Source of the DNA: Nitrososphaeria archaeon
GTDB lineage: Archaea; Thermoproteota; Nitrososphaeria; JACIWG01
NCBI GenBank assembly: GCA_963752255.1
Contig: CAVVXT010000018.1
Coordinates: 1 to 12,077, forward strand
Length of the DNA stretch: 12,077 bases
Direction of reading: 5' to 3'
In this document: one piece after another, positions 1-8,545 of the stretch
How positions within the stretch are numbered: position 1 is the first letter of the stretch
Layout of the letters: every line of letters starts with the position of its first letter
Notes under the pieces: generated by a model
What the model was told of the DNA's origin: nothing
Database searches by the model: none
The model's input: the letters and a program-made list of their open reading frames with translations, nothing else
Position numbers and translations under genes: made by a program

Positions 1-139
1 TAAGAACTTAAGATTCATAATTTAAAAAAGACTGAATATTACATCTTTATTTATTTTGACCTTAATATACGACTCATGAACCATAATGATCTAGAAAAGA
101 CTATATGACTGTACAAAATGGAACAATGAGGCTGTAACT

Positions 140-780
140 TTGGCGCTTTTAGAAGACCTTATAAGCTTCTGATTAATCTGGACCAAAGTTTGGCATTTTT
201 AATTCAACAATTTGGTCTCTGGACTTATGCGATACTTTTTTTAGCTATATTTGGTGAGACAGGGCTAGTTGTATTCCCTTTTTTTCCCGGTGATTCCCTT
301 CTATTTGTGTCAGGAACTCTTGCTTCAAAAGGCTTATTCAATGTCGAAGCTCTTTTTGGTCTTCTGGCTCTTGCAGCAGTCATGGGGGACACGGTAAATT
401 ACTGGATTGGATATGTTGTTGGTCCAAAAATATTTCGTAAAGAGAACAGTCGATTTCTGAAAAAAGAGTATCTGGAAAGAGCGCGTGATTTTTATGGAAA
501 ATATGGAGCTAAAACGATTATTATAGCAAGATTTGTTCCCATCATTCGAACCTTCGCACCCTTTGTAGCGGGCGTGGGTAAAATGAGTTATAGTAGGTTT
601 CTCATTTACAATATAATAGGAGGTGTTTCCTGGGTTGCTATTTTTATTTTTAGCGGTTACTTTTTAGGAGGCTTCCAGATTGTAAAGGATAACCTATCCT
701 TATTGATTTATGTAATTATCATAGTTTCTCTGATACCTGCTTTTGTCGAAATATTGAGACATAGAGCCAAACGAATCTGA
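140..780 (+). CDS. dedA: DedA/SNARE-associated (VTT) family membrane protein; N-terminus offset by a 1-nt frameshift near 167-169
   Basis: ORF 190..780 has DedA motifs ETGLVVFPFFPGDSLLF, GDTVNYWIG and ARFVPIIRTFAPFVAG. TTG at 140, preceded by GAGG, reads MALLEDLISF in another frame and joins LINLDQSLAFLIQQFG, giving the usual DedA N-terminal length. Confidence 0.93.
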
Positions 781-880
781 ATAACATTAGACACAGTTTT
801 TAAAACACTGAAAAAAGGATTACTAATTCGGTGATCGTGAGACATCTTTTGAACAAACGTCAAACTTCGTTGAAAACAAG

Positions 881-917
881 AACAAATGTTTCCTACGTTT
901 TCAGTATAACATTTGTT
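881..917. repeat. 10-bp inverted repeat AACAAATGTT-N17-AACATTTGTT between convergent genes; possible hairpin or terminator
   Basis: 881-890 and 908-917 are exact reverse complements. Function is inferred only from position. Confidence 0.35.
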
Positions 918-959
918 GCTGCTTGCAGCTTACAAAAATGGTTTGAGTCCACCATTTCT

Positions 960-1418
960 TTATGCAATCTTTGATTCTCTTTGGATTTTGGTTATCCTGA
1001 AAATCTGGTCTGCAAAACTTTCAAGTTCTTTCTCATGAGATACAATTATTACCTGTGGGCTTTGAATTTCATCGAGTATGTCCCTAACTTTTCCAAGCGG
1101 CTCTTTGCTGAAGCCGTCTGTCGGTTCATCTAGTATAAGAAGATTAGAAATATACCTGTTGAAACTTTTTGAACAATACTGTTTAACGCGAGCCTGTACG
1201 TAAGAGCAATGCTAAGTCTTCTCCACCACTAAGATAGCTGATATTTTGCTCGTATCCATCTTGCTCTATTATAGGGGTGAAATCTTCATCTACACGTGCC
1301 TCTTTACCCGTGCTTCCACCAAAATGCTAAACCATTTCTGGAACGAGGAATTAAAGTCCTGATTTATATTCAGCATAACCTGTTTTTCAACGGCATTAAG
1401 TGTAGGCATAAAATAATC
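960..1418 (-). pseudogene. rad50: C-terminal fragment (~150 aa) of a Rad50/SbcC/SMC-family ABC ATPase, with three frameshifts
   Basis: Manual minus-strand translation: [149 protein letters not shown]. This includes the ABC signature (LSGGE), Walker B/D-loop ([10 protein letters not shown]) and H-loop (IIVSH). Frame breaks lie near 1312, 1215 and 1150. An in-frame stop at 1458-1460 lies upstream, and there is no Walker A or coiled coil. Confidence 0.85.
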
Positions 1419-1468
1419 AAAGTTAAAGGAAAAAATTTTTAGAGAATATATGAAGCTCTAACCTAAAT

Positions 1469-1483
1469 GAAAAGCATTTTATA
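1469..1483 (+). promoter_or_regulatory. Putative archaeal BRE/TATA promoter (GAAAAGCATTTTATA); likely leaderless transcript
   Basis: A purine-rich run followed by TTTTATA ends 23 nt before ATG 1507, and no Shine-Dalgarno sequence is evident. Confidence 0.55.
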
Positions 1484-1506
1484 GTTATTTAAATTCACTT
1501 GATACA

Positions 1507-3523
1507 ATGATCAAAGAAGTATTCGATATTTTTTGTAAAGAATATTCCGGAGAAAGAGCGAAACAAGTTGTTTGCCAGGTTGTAAATTTCCATAGAATCC
1601 AAGCAAGTCCGGGATATAGGGCTGCAGCCGAATACGTCAGAGACATGCTGTCTGGGGCAGGATTAGATTCTGAGGTGCTTGTTTACCCTGCAAAAGAAGG
1701 AGTATCATTTTGGAATCATTCATCTTTTCAAGAGTGCTCTATAAATGATGCCAAGCTATTCCTAATAACAAATGATGGCGAGGAGAAGATCGCAGATTAC
1801 GGCGACAGCAAGCTTAGTGTTATACAACGCAGCATTTCCACACCTTCAAAGGGTATTGAAGCAGACCTTGTCATACTTGAACAAGGGGAAACCGAAGATG
1901 AGTACAAAAAAAATAAGGTGGAAGGAAAAGTTGTTTTCACATCCGGTGATGTAAGCAATGTCTACTCTCTAGCGGTGGAGAAATTTGGTGCAGTTGGAAT
2001 ACTGACAGATAGGCTAATGGAATGGCCTCCTGTCAGAGAAAAAATAGATTTGCCTGACGGATTACAATATACAAGCTTCTGGTGGTACCCGAAGAATAAA
2101 AAATGCTTCGGTTTTGTAGTCTCCCCTCGAATAGGGATGAAGATTAGAGCGAAAGCTAAGAAAGAACCTTTGAAAGTTAAGGCCTATGTATCAGGAAGCC
2201 TCTATGACGGTGCTATTGAAGTTGTTTCAGCAAAGATTCCAGGAGAAACTGATAAAGAAATACTTTTAACAGCACACTTATGCCACCCTCAGCCATCTGC
2301 CAACGACAACGCTTCAGGTGTTGGCGCATTAGTTGAGGCAGCCAGAATCTTGATTAGACTAATTAAAGACGAAAAAATAAGCAGTCCAAAGAGAACTATC
2401 CGTTTCCTTTTCGTACCTGAAATGACAGGCACGTTTGCATTCCTTTCAAGCAAAGAGGAGGAACTTGGAAATTTTATGGCTGGAATAAACTTAGATATGG
2501 TAGGTGAAGACCAGAAAAAATGTGGGAGCATCTTGATGGTCGACAGCACTCCTTACTCATTGCCAACCTTTGTTAACGCCTACATAAAGTACATCTTTGA
2601 GTTCCTTCCCAAAAAAATCAAGACCCTAACGGGCTCAGAAAATATATCAGATTTTAGATATGAATTTGTGAAATTCTCTGGTGGTAGCGACCACGAAATT
2701 CTGTCTGATCCCAGTGTCGGCGTACCAACACCTTCTTTTACAAACTGGCCGGATAAATACTATCACACCTCAGAAGATACACTAGAAAAAGTTAGCAGTG
2801 GCATGTTATGGAACATTGGAGTAGTAGCTACAACATTCGCATATACTATGGCGAACCTTGATCGTTCTGATTTCAATCTACAGGCTATTTTGACCCAGAG
2901 ATATTGCGAAGAAAAAATTGAACACATTTATGATCAAATAATTTTTGCGGTATCCAACTCGAACAAGAGCGACTTCAGGAAAAAAGTAGGTCAACAACTG
3001 AGGAGATGGAGTGTCAACAAAGAATTTTGGAACATTTGGTTAACCCAAGCGATATTAGATTTAAAGAGATTTGATGAAGACGATGACTTTGAGAAGATGG
3101 TGTCTTTTTGCGGCAACAAATTTAGAGCGTTTACAGAAGTTAAACATTCTTTGCTGGAATATTATATTACGGAACAGGGCAAGAAATTAGGTATTTCTAA
3201 AGTAGTGCAGAAGAAGAAAGCTATAACTGAATTAGAGCGCAAAGCCTCTAAGATGTTTCCATTGAGGATGAAACCTGGACCGATTGACATCAGATCAAGG
3301 GTTTATCTTCTCAGTGAGGAAGAAAAAAAGAAACTGAACGAGCTCGGTAGGAGACCACAATTCAAGGCTACTGCCGAAACTTGCACTCTACTGGGCCAAT
3401 GGAAAGAGGAGCATAAACGAAATAGCGGAAAAAATTGAGTTAGAAATGGATTATTGTAACCTACAGCGTCTAATCGATTGGTTCCTCATTTTTGAAAAGA
3501 TGGAATTTATAAAAATTCAATAG
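1507..3523 (+). CDS. DUF4910 / M28-family Zn aminopeptidase-like protein with a PA-domain insert and a C-terminal winged-helix-like domain; frameshift near 3364
   Basis: M28-type motifs: TAHLCHPQPSANDNASG, RTIRFLFVPEMTG, INLDMVG, GSDH and YYHTSEDT. A PA-like segment reads VEGKVVFT...GAVGIL. After ~3364 the alternative frame reads RLLPKLALYWANGKRSINEIAEKIELEMDYCNLQRLIDWFLIFEKMEFIKIQ* to TAG 3521-3523, which is more protein-like than the ORF-track end at 3438. Confidence 0.85.
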
Positions 3524-3571
3524 ACTTAAATTTGCAAAGCTCTCTTAAAAGAAGTAATTGGAAAACCTGAG

Positions 3572-4285
3572 TCACTTAGATAACACTGAAAACACAGGTG
3601 CATCTATCTTCAACTCATTCTTCAGTCGGGTCATAACCTTATCCACCTCTACGACAGAGAATATGCCCGCGAGAGTCGCTCCACTTTTACTAACGATATT
3701 TAAGAGGGCTTTTATAGTGTTCCCACTCCGAATCAGATCGTCCACAACTAAAATGTAATCATTCTTTTTTAAGCTAACCTTTGGAACATAAAGTGATCTT
3801 ATAACGGGTGGAACAAATGAATAGCGTTCCTCATAATATTTTTCTATACCAACTTGTCTATCCTTCCTTGCGATAATAACGTCAACACCAAATTCACTTC
3901 CGATTTGAATTGCGATTGGAATGCCGTTAGTTTCAACAGTTAATATTTTTGTGATCGTTACATCTTTGAAGTAATTTAAAGCATGTTTTGATATAACCTT
4001 CTGTAAAATAGTATTGTAGGTGAGCGACGAGACATCTATCACACCCTCGTTGCCTACGTATATTTCCTGTCTAAGCGTCTTTCTAAAATAATTCTCTTCA
4101 TACCATTCTATGATCTTTTCTGCTCTATCCAAGTTTGGCAGAACATGCCCCTTTACATATCTGCTAATAACGGGAGTTGGGAGGTGAAGTTCCATAGAAA
4201 GCTCCTTATAGGTTAAGTGCTTCTTTATTTCATGAAGAATCTCAATTGCATAAATCTTAATTTTGACCTCGGACAGTTTATTCAT
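3572..4285 (-). CDS. Archaeal HTH + phosphoribosyltransferase protein (adenine/purine PRTase-like; possible PRPP-responsive regulator)
   Basis: N-terminal HTH: LTYKELSMELHLPTPVISRYVKGHVLP. Type I PRTase PRPP loop: ILVVDDLIRSGNT, plus VETNGIPIA and IARK. Length 237 aa. Confidence 0.88.
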   Translation of the reverse strand: MNKLSEVKIKIYAIEILHEIKKHLTYKELSMELHLPTPVISRYVKGHVLPNLDRAEKIIEWYEENYFRKTLRQEIYVGNEGVIDVSSLTYNTILQKVISKHALNYFKDVTITKILTVETNGIPIAIQIGSEFGVDVIIARKDRQVGIEKYYEERYSFVPPVIRSLYVPKVSLKKNDYILVVDDLIRSGNTIKALLNIVSKSGATLAGIFSVVEVDKVMTRLKNELKIDAPVFSVLSK

Positions 4286-4357
4286 GCAGCACTACAGTAT
4301 GACCTGTATTAGTATTAATTTATTAAGTTAATCGCAGATCATTAAGTTATCAAGATT

Positions 4358-5224
4358 CTAATCTACAATTTTGTCGAATTGTTTTTGAACTTCAGGAATA
4401 GCTTCTATAAGATCGGAAGCTGTAATGTGCAGTCCCTTCTTTTGAAAAGCAGTTTCGCCTGCTTTTCCGTTAAAGAAAACAGCAGCGGCAGCAGCTTCAC
4501 ATGACGGGATCCCTTTCGCTACAAGTGTACCGACAATTCCGCTCAATACGTCCCCTGTACCACCAACGGTCATAGCTGGAGTCCCAGCATAATCTAGATA
4601 GGTGGTTTCGCCGTCGCTTACCACGTCGATATAACCTTTCAATAATATGGTCAAATTAACTTCTTTTGCTTTAGACTCAACTAAACGGTACCGTTCCTCA
4701 ATTTCGTTCGATGGCATCATATTAAAGATTCTGTTAAATTCCCCAGCATGAGGTGTAATAATGTTCCTCCTATCGTTCAACAAGCGTATTATATCGTAAT
4801 GTAAGGCATCCGCGTCTAGGACCATGGGAATATCCTTCAGCTTCAATTCTTTAACAAACAACTTAATTCCCTCCTCACACCCCCTTCCGAGCCCAGGACC
4901 CATAACTACGCAGTCAACTTTAGGCATCCACTTCAACAGTCTCCTCGCACTTCCAGTTGTAAACTTCAAATCAGGAAGAGGCATAATAATAAGGTCAGGG
5001 GAAATAGATCTTAAAGATTGGGCAATTATTTTAGGAGTAGCTAGGTAAACTAGATCTGCTCCAGTCCTCAAGGCCGACGTCGCGGCTAAAAATGGTGCAC
5101 CATGGAACATCCAGCTGCCTCCAAGAACCAGAACTATTCCATTATCGCCCTTTCTCGATGATTTAGATCTCGGTTTTATAACCGCCTCAACAAGTTCTGG
5201 TGAAGTTTCCTTCAATATGGTCAT
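4358..5224 (-). CDS. nnrD: Stand-alone ADP/ATP-dependent NAD(P)H-hydrate dehydratase (YjeF C-terminal domain)
   Basis: Motifs SRKGDNGIVLVLGGS, GAPFLAA..ALRTGADLV, GPGLG, VLDADAL, ITPHAGEF, LLKG and GGTGDVLSG. Confidence 0.95.
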   Translation of the reverse strand: MTILKETSPELVEAVIKPRSKSSRKGDNGIVLVLGGSWMFHGAPFLAATSALRTGADLVYLATPKIIAQSLRSISPDLIIMPLPDLKFTTGSARRLLKWMPKVDCVVMGPGLGRGCEEGIKLFVKELKLKDIPMVLDADALHYDIIRLLNDRRNIITPHAGEFNRIFNMMPSNEIEERYRLVESKAKEVNLTILLKGYIDVVSDGETTYLDYAGTPAMTVGGTGDVLSGIVGTLVAKGIPSCEAAAAAVFFNGKAGETAFQKKGLHITASDLIEAIPEVQKQFDKIVD

Positions 5225-5254
5225 AATATCAGATGCGAACTTTCTTATATTTCA

Positions 5255-5266
5255 CTTAAAAGCTTT
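5255..5266 (-). promoter_or_regulatory. Putative BRE/TATA promoter for nnrD (AAAGCTTTTAAG on the minus strand)
   Basis: TATA-like TTTTAA with upstream purines, about 30 nt before ATG 5224. Confidence 0.45.
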
Positions 5267-5272
5267 GTGCAA

Positions 5273-5464
5273 CTAAGAATTGAAAGCTTTTAGGCAGTCA
5301 CAATCCTTGCACGTACTATAGACCATGATGTGGAGCATCATATTTGAAACCGGAAATATTCGGATTCGTGCCAATTTGGAATGCATGTAATTTAAAAGAC
5401 AAATTTGTTCGTAGACTTTACAACCAATGCATCTTTCAAGGAATACATGTAGTTTGAAAGACAT
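5273..5464 (-). pseudogene. Degenerate, truncated 4Fe-4S dicluster protein (resembles the N-terminus of DmsB/HycB/CooF-type subunits)
   Basis: ERCIGCKVYEQIC is CxxCxxCxxxC with the third Cys changed to Tyr (TAC, one change from TGC). It is followed by ARIRI and CKDCDCLKAF (TTC, one change from TGC), then a stop at 63 aa. Confidence 0.65.
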
Positions 5465-5500
5465 ATTTAACTAATATAAAATAGTATATAAGGCCCAATC

Positions 5501-5516
5501 GAAGACTATATTTAAG
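5501..5516 (+). promoter_or_regulatory. Putative BRE/TATA promoter for the ligase gene (GAAGACTATATTTAAG)
   Basis: TATA-like tract about 30 nt before ATG 5547, in a divergent intergenic region. Confidence 0.4.
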
Positions 5517-5546
5517 ACATATCATTTAATCATCTAATGACTTCTA

Positions 5547-7208
5547 ATGGTATCGGACAACTTTACCAGCATGAAAAAATTTGCTGACATATGTGAAAGA
5601 GTTAAGGGAACTACGAGTAAAAATATGAAGATTGAAATTCTGTCGGAATATTTAAGGAACTTGGACGACGTTTCCCTTAGGATAGCATGCGGTTTCCTTT
5701 CAGGAGAAATCTTTTCACCTTGGCAAAATATCGAACTCCAAATAGGATACTCCACTTTTGTTGAGATAATAACGGAACTAAGTGGTAAAGACGGAAGGAC
5801 GTTAGGAAAGATCTTCATAAAATATGGTGATCTTGGTGAGACAGCTGAAGAAATTCTGTCAAAAAAAACTATTACCCCCCTTTTTAATGAAGAGTATACA
5901 TTGATCAATGTACACGACCAGCTAAAAAGAGTAGCTCAGATGACGGGGAAAGGATCTTCATCAGATAAAAAGAAAATCCTTACTCGACTGTTTTTGAATA
6001 TGTCTCCAGTTGAGGCAAAATACTTCATAAAAATTCTTATAGGTGAAACAAGAATTGGGCTTGTTGGAGGCTTAGTCGTCGAAGGAATCACAATCGCTTT
6101 TAGAAGAAAATCGGAAGACGTAAACGAGGCTTATCTGCTGACGTGTGATATAGGCGAGACGGCTGTTCTAGCAAAATATGATCGTCTAAAAGATGCCAGA
6201 CTTGAGCCATTACATCAAACAAACTTTATGCTTGCTGAAGCCATGCAGACACCCGAAGAAGTCGTAGAATATTTTGGAAAGCCACTCGTCTGTGAATACA
6301 AACTTGATGGCATCAGAGCACAATGCCATAAGAAAATGGAAGCGGTAAAAATATTCACGCGCAGAGGCAATGAATCTGGAGATTCTTTCCCAGAAATAGT
6401 TGAAGCACTTAGCGAGATAGACCATGATTTTATTATTGATGGCGAAATAGTGGCTTTTAAGGAAGGAAAGATACTGCCTTTTTCATTCTTACAGCATCGT
6501 TTACAGAGAAAGATACTGAGCAGAAAGTTAGTTGATGAAGTGCCTCTTACTATCTTTGTCTACGATATCTTATATTTAGATGGAGAGCCCCTTTATAATA
6601 TGACCCTTGTAGAAAGGAAAGAAGGCCTAAACCGACTCCATTTTTCTGAGAAAGTCAAGATGCTCGATTATATTTTTGTTTCAAAAAAAGAGGAAATTGA
6701 AGTGAAATTTGACGAAAGTGTAGAAAAAGGGTTTGAAGGTTTAATGTTGAAGGACCCTAATTCGATTTATACAGTAGGAAAAAGGGGAAAGAATTGGGTT
6801 AAGCTTAAAAGGGAGCTTGACACCTTAGATGTAGTAGTTGTAGCTTCTGAGAGAGGACATGGTAAGAGGTCAAATGTCTTCTCTGATTACATTTTCTCAG
6901 TTTGGGACAACGGTGAACTTAAGACTATAGGAAAAGCTTATTCAGGTTTGACGGATAAAGAGATTTTGGATATGAATGGAAAGTTAAAGGAAATTACGGT
7001 CAGAGATGAAGGATGGAGGATAGTAGTTAAACCCGAAATCGTAATAGAAGTCGCCTTCAATGGAATTCAAAAAAGCAGCAGACACGAAAGTGGCTTTGCA
7101 CTACGTTTTCCAAGAATAAAAAGAATAAGAGACGATAAAAGCTCGGAACAGGCGGATACAATTGATAAGGTTAAGGGGATATTCAAAAGACAGTTTATTA
7201 AAAGATAG
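5547..7208 (+). CDS. lig: ATP-dependent DNA ligase (DBD + adenylation + OB domains)
   Basis: Motif I EYKLDGIR, motif III FIIDGEIV, IIIa FVYDILY, IV EGLMLK, V WVKLK and VI LRFPRIKRIRDDK. The N-terminal DBD contains YGDLGETA. Length 553 aa. Confidence 0.97.
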   Translation: MVSDNFTSMKKFADICERVKGTTSKNMKIEILSEYLRNLDDVSLRIACGFLSGEIFSPWQNIELQIGYSTFVEIITELSGKDGRTLGKIFIKYGDLGETAEEILSKKTITPLFNEEYTLINVHDQLKRVAQMTGKGSSSDKKKILTRLFLNMSPVEAKYFIKILIGETRIGLVGGLVVEGITIAFRRKSEDVNEAYLLTCDIGETAVLAKYDRLKDARLEPLHQTNFMLAEAMQTPEEVVEYFGKPLVCEYKLDGIRAQCHKKMEAVKIFTRRGNESGDSFPEIVEALSEIDHDFIIDGEIVAFKEGKILPFSFLQHRLQRKILSRKLVDEVPLTIFVYDILYLDGEPLYNMTLVERKEGLNRLHFSEKVKMLDYIFVSKKEEIEVKFDESVEKGFEGLMLKDPNSIYTVGKRGKNWVKLKRELDTLDVVVVASERGHGKRSNVFSDYIFSVWDNGELKTIGKAYSGLTDKEILDMNGKLKEITVRDEGWRIVVKPEIVIEVAFNGIQKSSRHESGFALRFPRIKRIRDDKSSEQADTIDKVKGIFKRQFIKR

Positions 7209-7247
7209 TGGTAAGACATATTAGATATTTCTTTATACGACTAAGGT

Positions 7248-7877
7248 ATGGTGATTGTTTCAACTCTTGTTGCAGCAAGTCTCCTTGCGGGCGCTGTCCA
7301 AGACATAAAAGAAAACCAGATCAGCGACCTCACTTGGATTCCTGCAATCATCGGCGCAATCGTTATGGTGTACCAATATATCATTCAGAGTAGCTATATC
7401 TTTTTGGCACTGAAGTTTGTTATGGTCGCTGTGATATTATTTGTCAGCTACTTTTTCGGGGGAGGAATGGCTGATATGATTGGACTGGCAGCAGTGGTTA
7501 TTGATGATGACCCTTTTGCGCCGATCGGGACACTTGTTGTCTTCGTCGCGGTAACAGGCCTTTACGCCATCTACAGTATTTTAATAAAGAAACAAAGAAG
7601 GAGGATGATACCTTTGACGGATTTTTTGAAAAAAAAGAACGTCTATCCAGTAAAAGTCTATGTGGAAGGAAAGGAAGAGAAGCTGCCAAAAACAGCGGAC
7701 AAAGCATACGAAGCGCTTGAAGCAATACTTAAGGAGAATAAAGAAGCCGTTGTCGAAGCGGAGACTGGAATACCTGCAGTTGTTCCCATATGCATAGGGT
7801 ACGTAGTGAATATGATGATTTTCTTTTATCTTGGAAGGTCTTGGTTCAGCATTTTGTTTAAACCTTTAACAGGCTAA
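7248..7877 (+). CDS. A24-family (GxGD-type) prepilin/prearchaellin peptidase-like membrane protein (FlaK/PibD-like)
   Basis: Multiple TM segments, with a first Asp in AVQDIKENQISD (D19) and a second in GGGMAD (D76). A soluble insert is followed by C-terminal GIPAVVPICIGY, matching the archaeal FlaK/PibD layout. Confidence 0.75.
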   Translation: MVIVSTLVAASLLAGAVQDIKENQISDLTWIPAIIGAIVMVYQYIIQSSYIFLALKFVMVAVILFVSYFFGGGMADMIGLAAVVIDDDPFAPIGTLVVFVAVTGLYAIYSILIKKQRRRMIPLTDFLKKKNVYPVKVYVEGKEEKLPKTADKAYEALEAILKENKEAVVEAETGIPAVVPICIGYVVNMMIFFYLGRSWFSILFKPLTG

Positions 7878-7927
7878 TCGATATTTGAAAACACTAGTAT
7901 TAATCGAATCTATTTCTATTTTCTTTT

Positions 7928-7958
7928 GTCTAAGAAATAATATTAAACGTCTAAGAAA
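7928..7958 (+). repeat. Perfect 10-bp direct repeat GTCTAAGAAA with a 21-bp period, upstream of the por promoter
   Basis: Copies at 7928-7937 and 7949-7958. Confidence 0.7.
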
Positions 7959-7961
7959 GAA

Positions 7962-8002
7962 GAAAAGTAATATAAGACACCTGTTTTGCAGACCTTGGTG
8001 AG
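7962..8002 (+). promoter_or_regulatory. Putative BRE/TATA promoter (GAAAAGTAATATAA, 7962-7975) and Shine-Dalgarno GGTGAG (7997-8002) of the por operon
   Basis: Motif spacing relative to the TTG start at 8009 fits an archaeal leadered transcript. Confidence 0.6.
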
Positions 8003-8008
8003 ATAAAG

Positions 8009-8545
8009 TTGATAGAAATCAGATGGCATGGAAGAGGTGGTCAAGGTGCAGTAACCGCCTCCGAGATACTCGCGAACGCAGCACTAAGATGTGATAAATA
8101 CGCGCAGTCTTTTCCAGCTTTTGGACCGGAAAGGAGAGGAGCACCTGTTATGGCTTTTACTAGAATAGATGATAATCCTATTGAGATAAGATGGCAAGTA
8201 ACGGAACCAAATATCGTTGTCGTATTAGATACTTCACTGCTGTCTGTAGTTAATGTTACTTCAGGACTTAAGAATGATGGGACAATCGTTCTAAATAGTT
8301 CAAAGGATAGCTCTGAGCTCAAAAAGCTTTTTTCAGCCTACAAGATTGCTAAGGTAGACGCTACAACCATAGCATTGAAGAATTTGGGTGCACCAATCAC
8401 GAACACGTCCATGTTGGGTGCTTTGTTGAAAGCGAACCCGATTGTTCCACTCGAAATCGTTTCCAAGGTTGTTGAAGAAAGATTTGATCCGAGGAATGTA
8501 GTATCTTTAAAGGAAACATATGATAGCACAGAGGTGCTAAATTAG
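8009..8545 (+). CDS. porG: Pyruvate/2-oxoacid:ferredoxin oxidoreductase gamma subunit
   Basis: MIEIRWHGRGGQGAVTA, FPAFGPERRGAPV and NTSMLGAL; TTG start with an SD sequence. Confidence 0.96.
   Translation: MIEIRWHGRGGQGAVTASEILANAALRCDKYAQSFPAFGPERRGAPVMAFTRIDDNPIEIRWQVTEPNIVVVLDTSLLSVVNVTSGLKNDGTIVLNSSKDSSELKKLFSAYKIAKVDATTIALKNLGAPITNTSMLGALLKANPIVPLEIVSKVVEERFDPRNVVSLKETYDSTEVLN

Noticed and set aside
781-959. Intergenic stretch as a possible small gene, ncRNA or MITE
   Set aside because: No convincing ORF, no tRNA or C/D-box structure, and no terminal repeats with a target-site duplication; only short imperfect palindromes.
1772-2549. Short ORFs 1772..1954 (+) and 2289..2549 (-)
   Set aside because: Both lie wholly within the M28 gene and show no recognisable motifs.
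3558-6425. Antisense ORFs 3558..3758, 4824..5048, 5534..5908 and 6210..6425
   Set aside because: These are shadow frames opposite well-supported genes (HTH-PRTase, nnrD, lig).
960-7208. Rad50 fragment plus DNA ligase as a novel repair or defence system
   Set aside because: They are over 4 kb apart on opposite strands, separated by unrelated metabolic genes, and the ATPase is a broken fragment.
7208-7393. Cys-rich 61-aa ORF (CFNSCCSKSPCGRCP) resembling a metal-binding peptide
   Set aside because: It overlaps the A24 peptidase gene in another frame, and the Cys richness is an off-frame by-product of Val/Ala/Leu codons.
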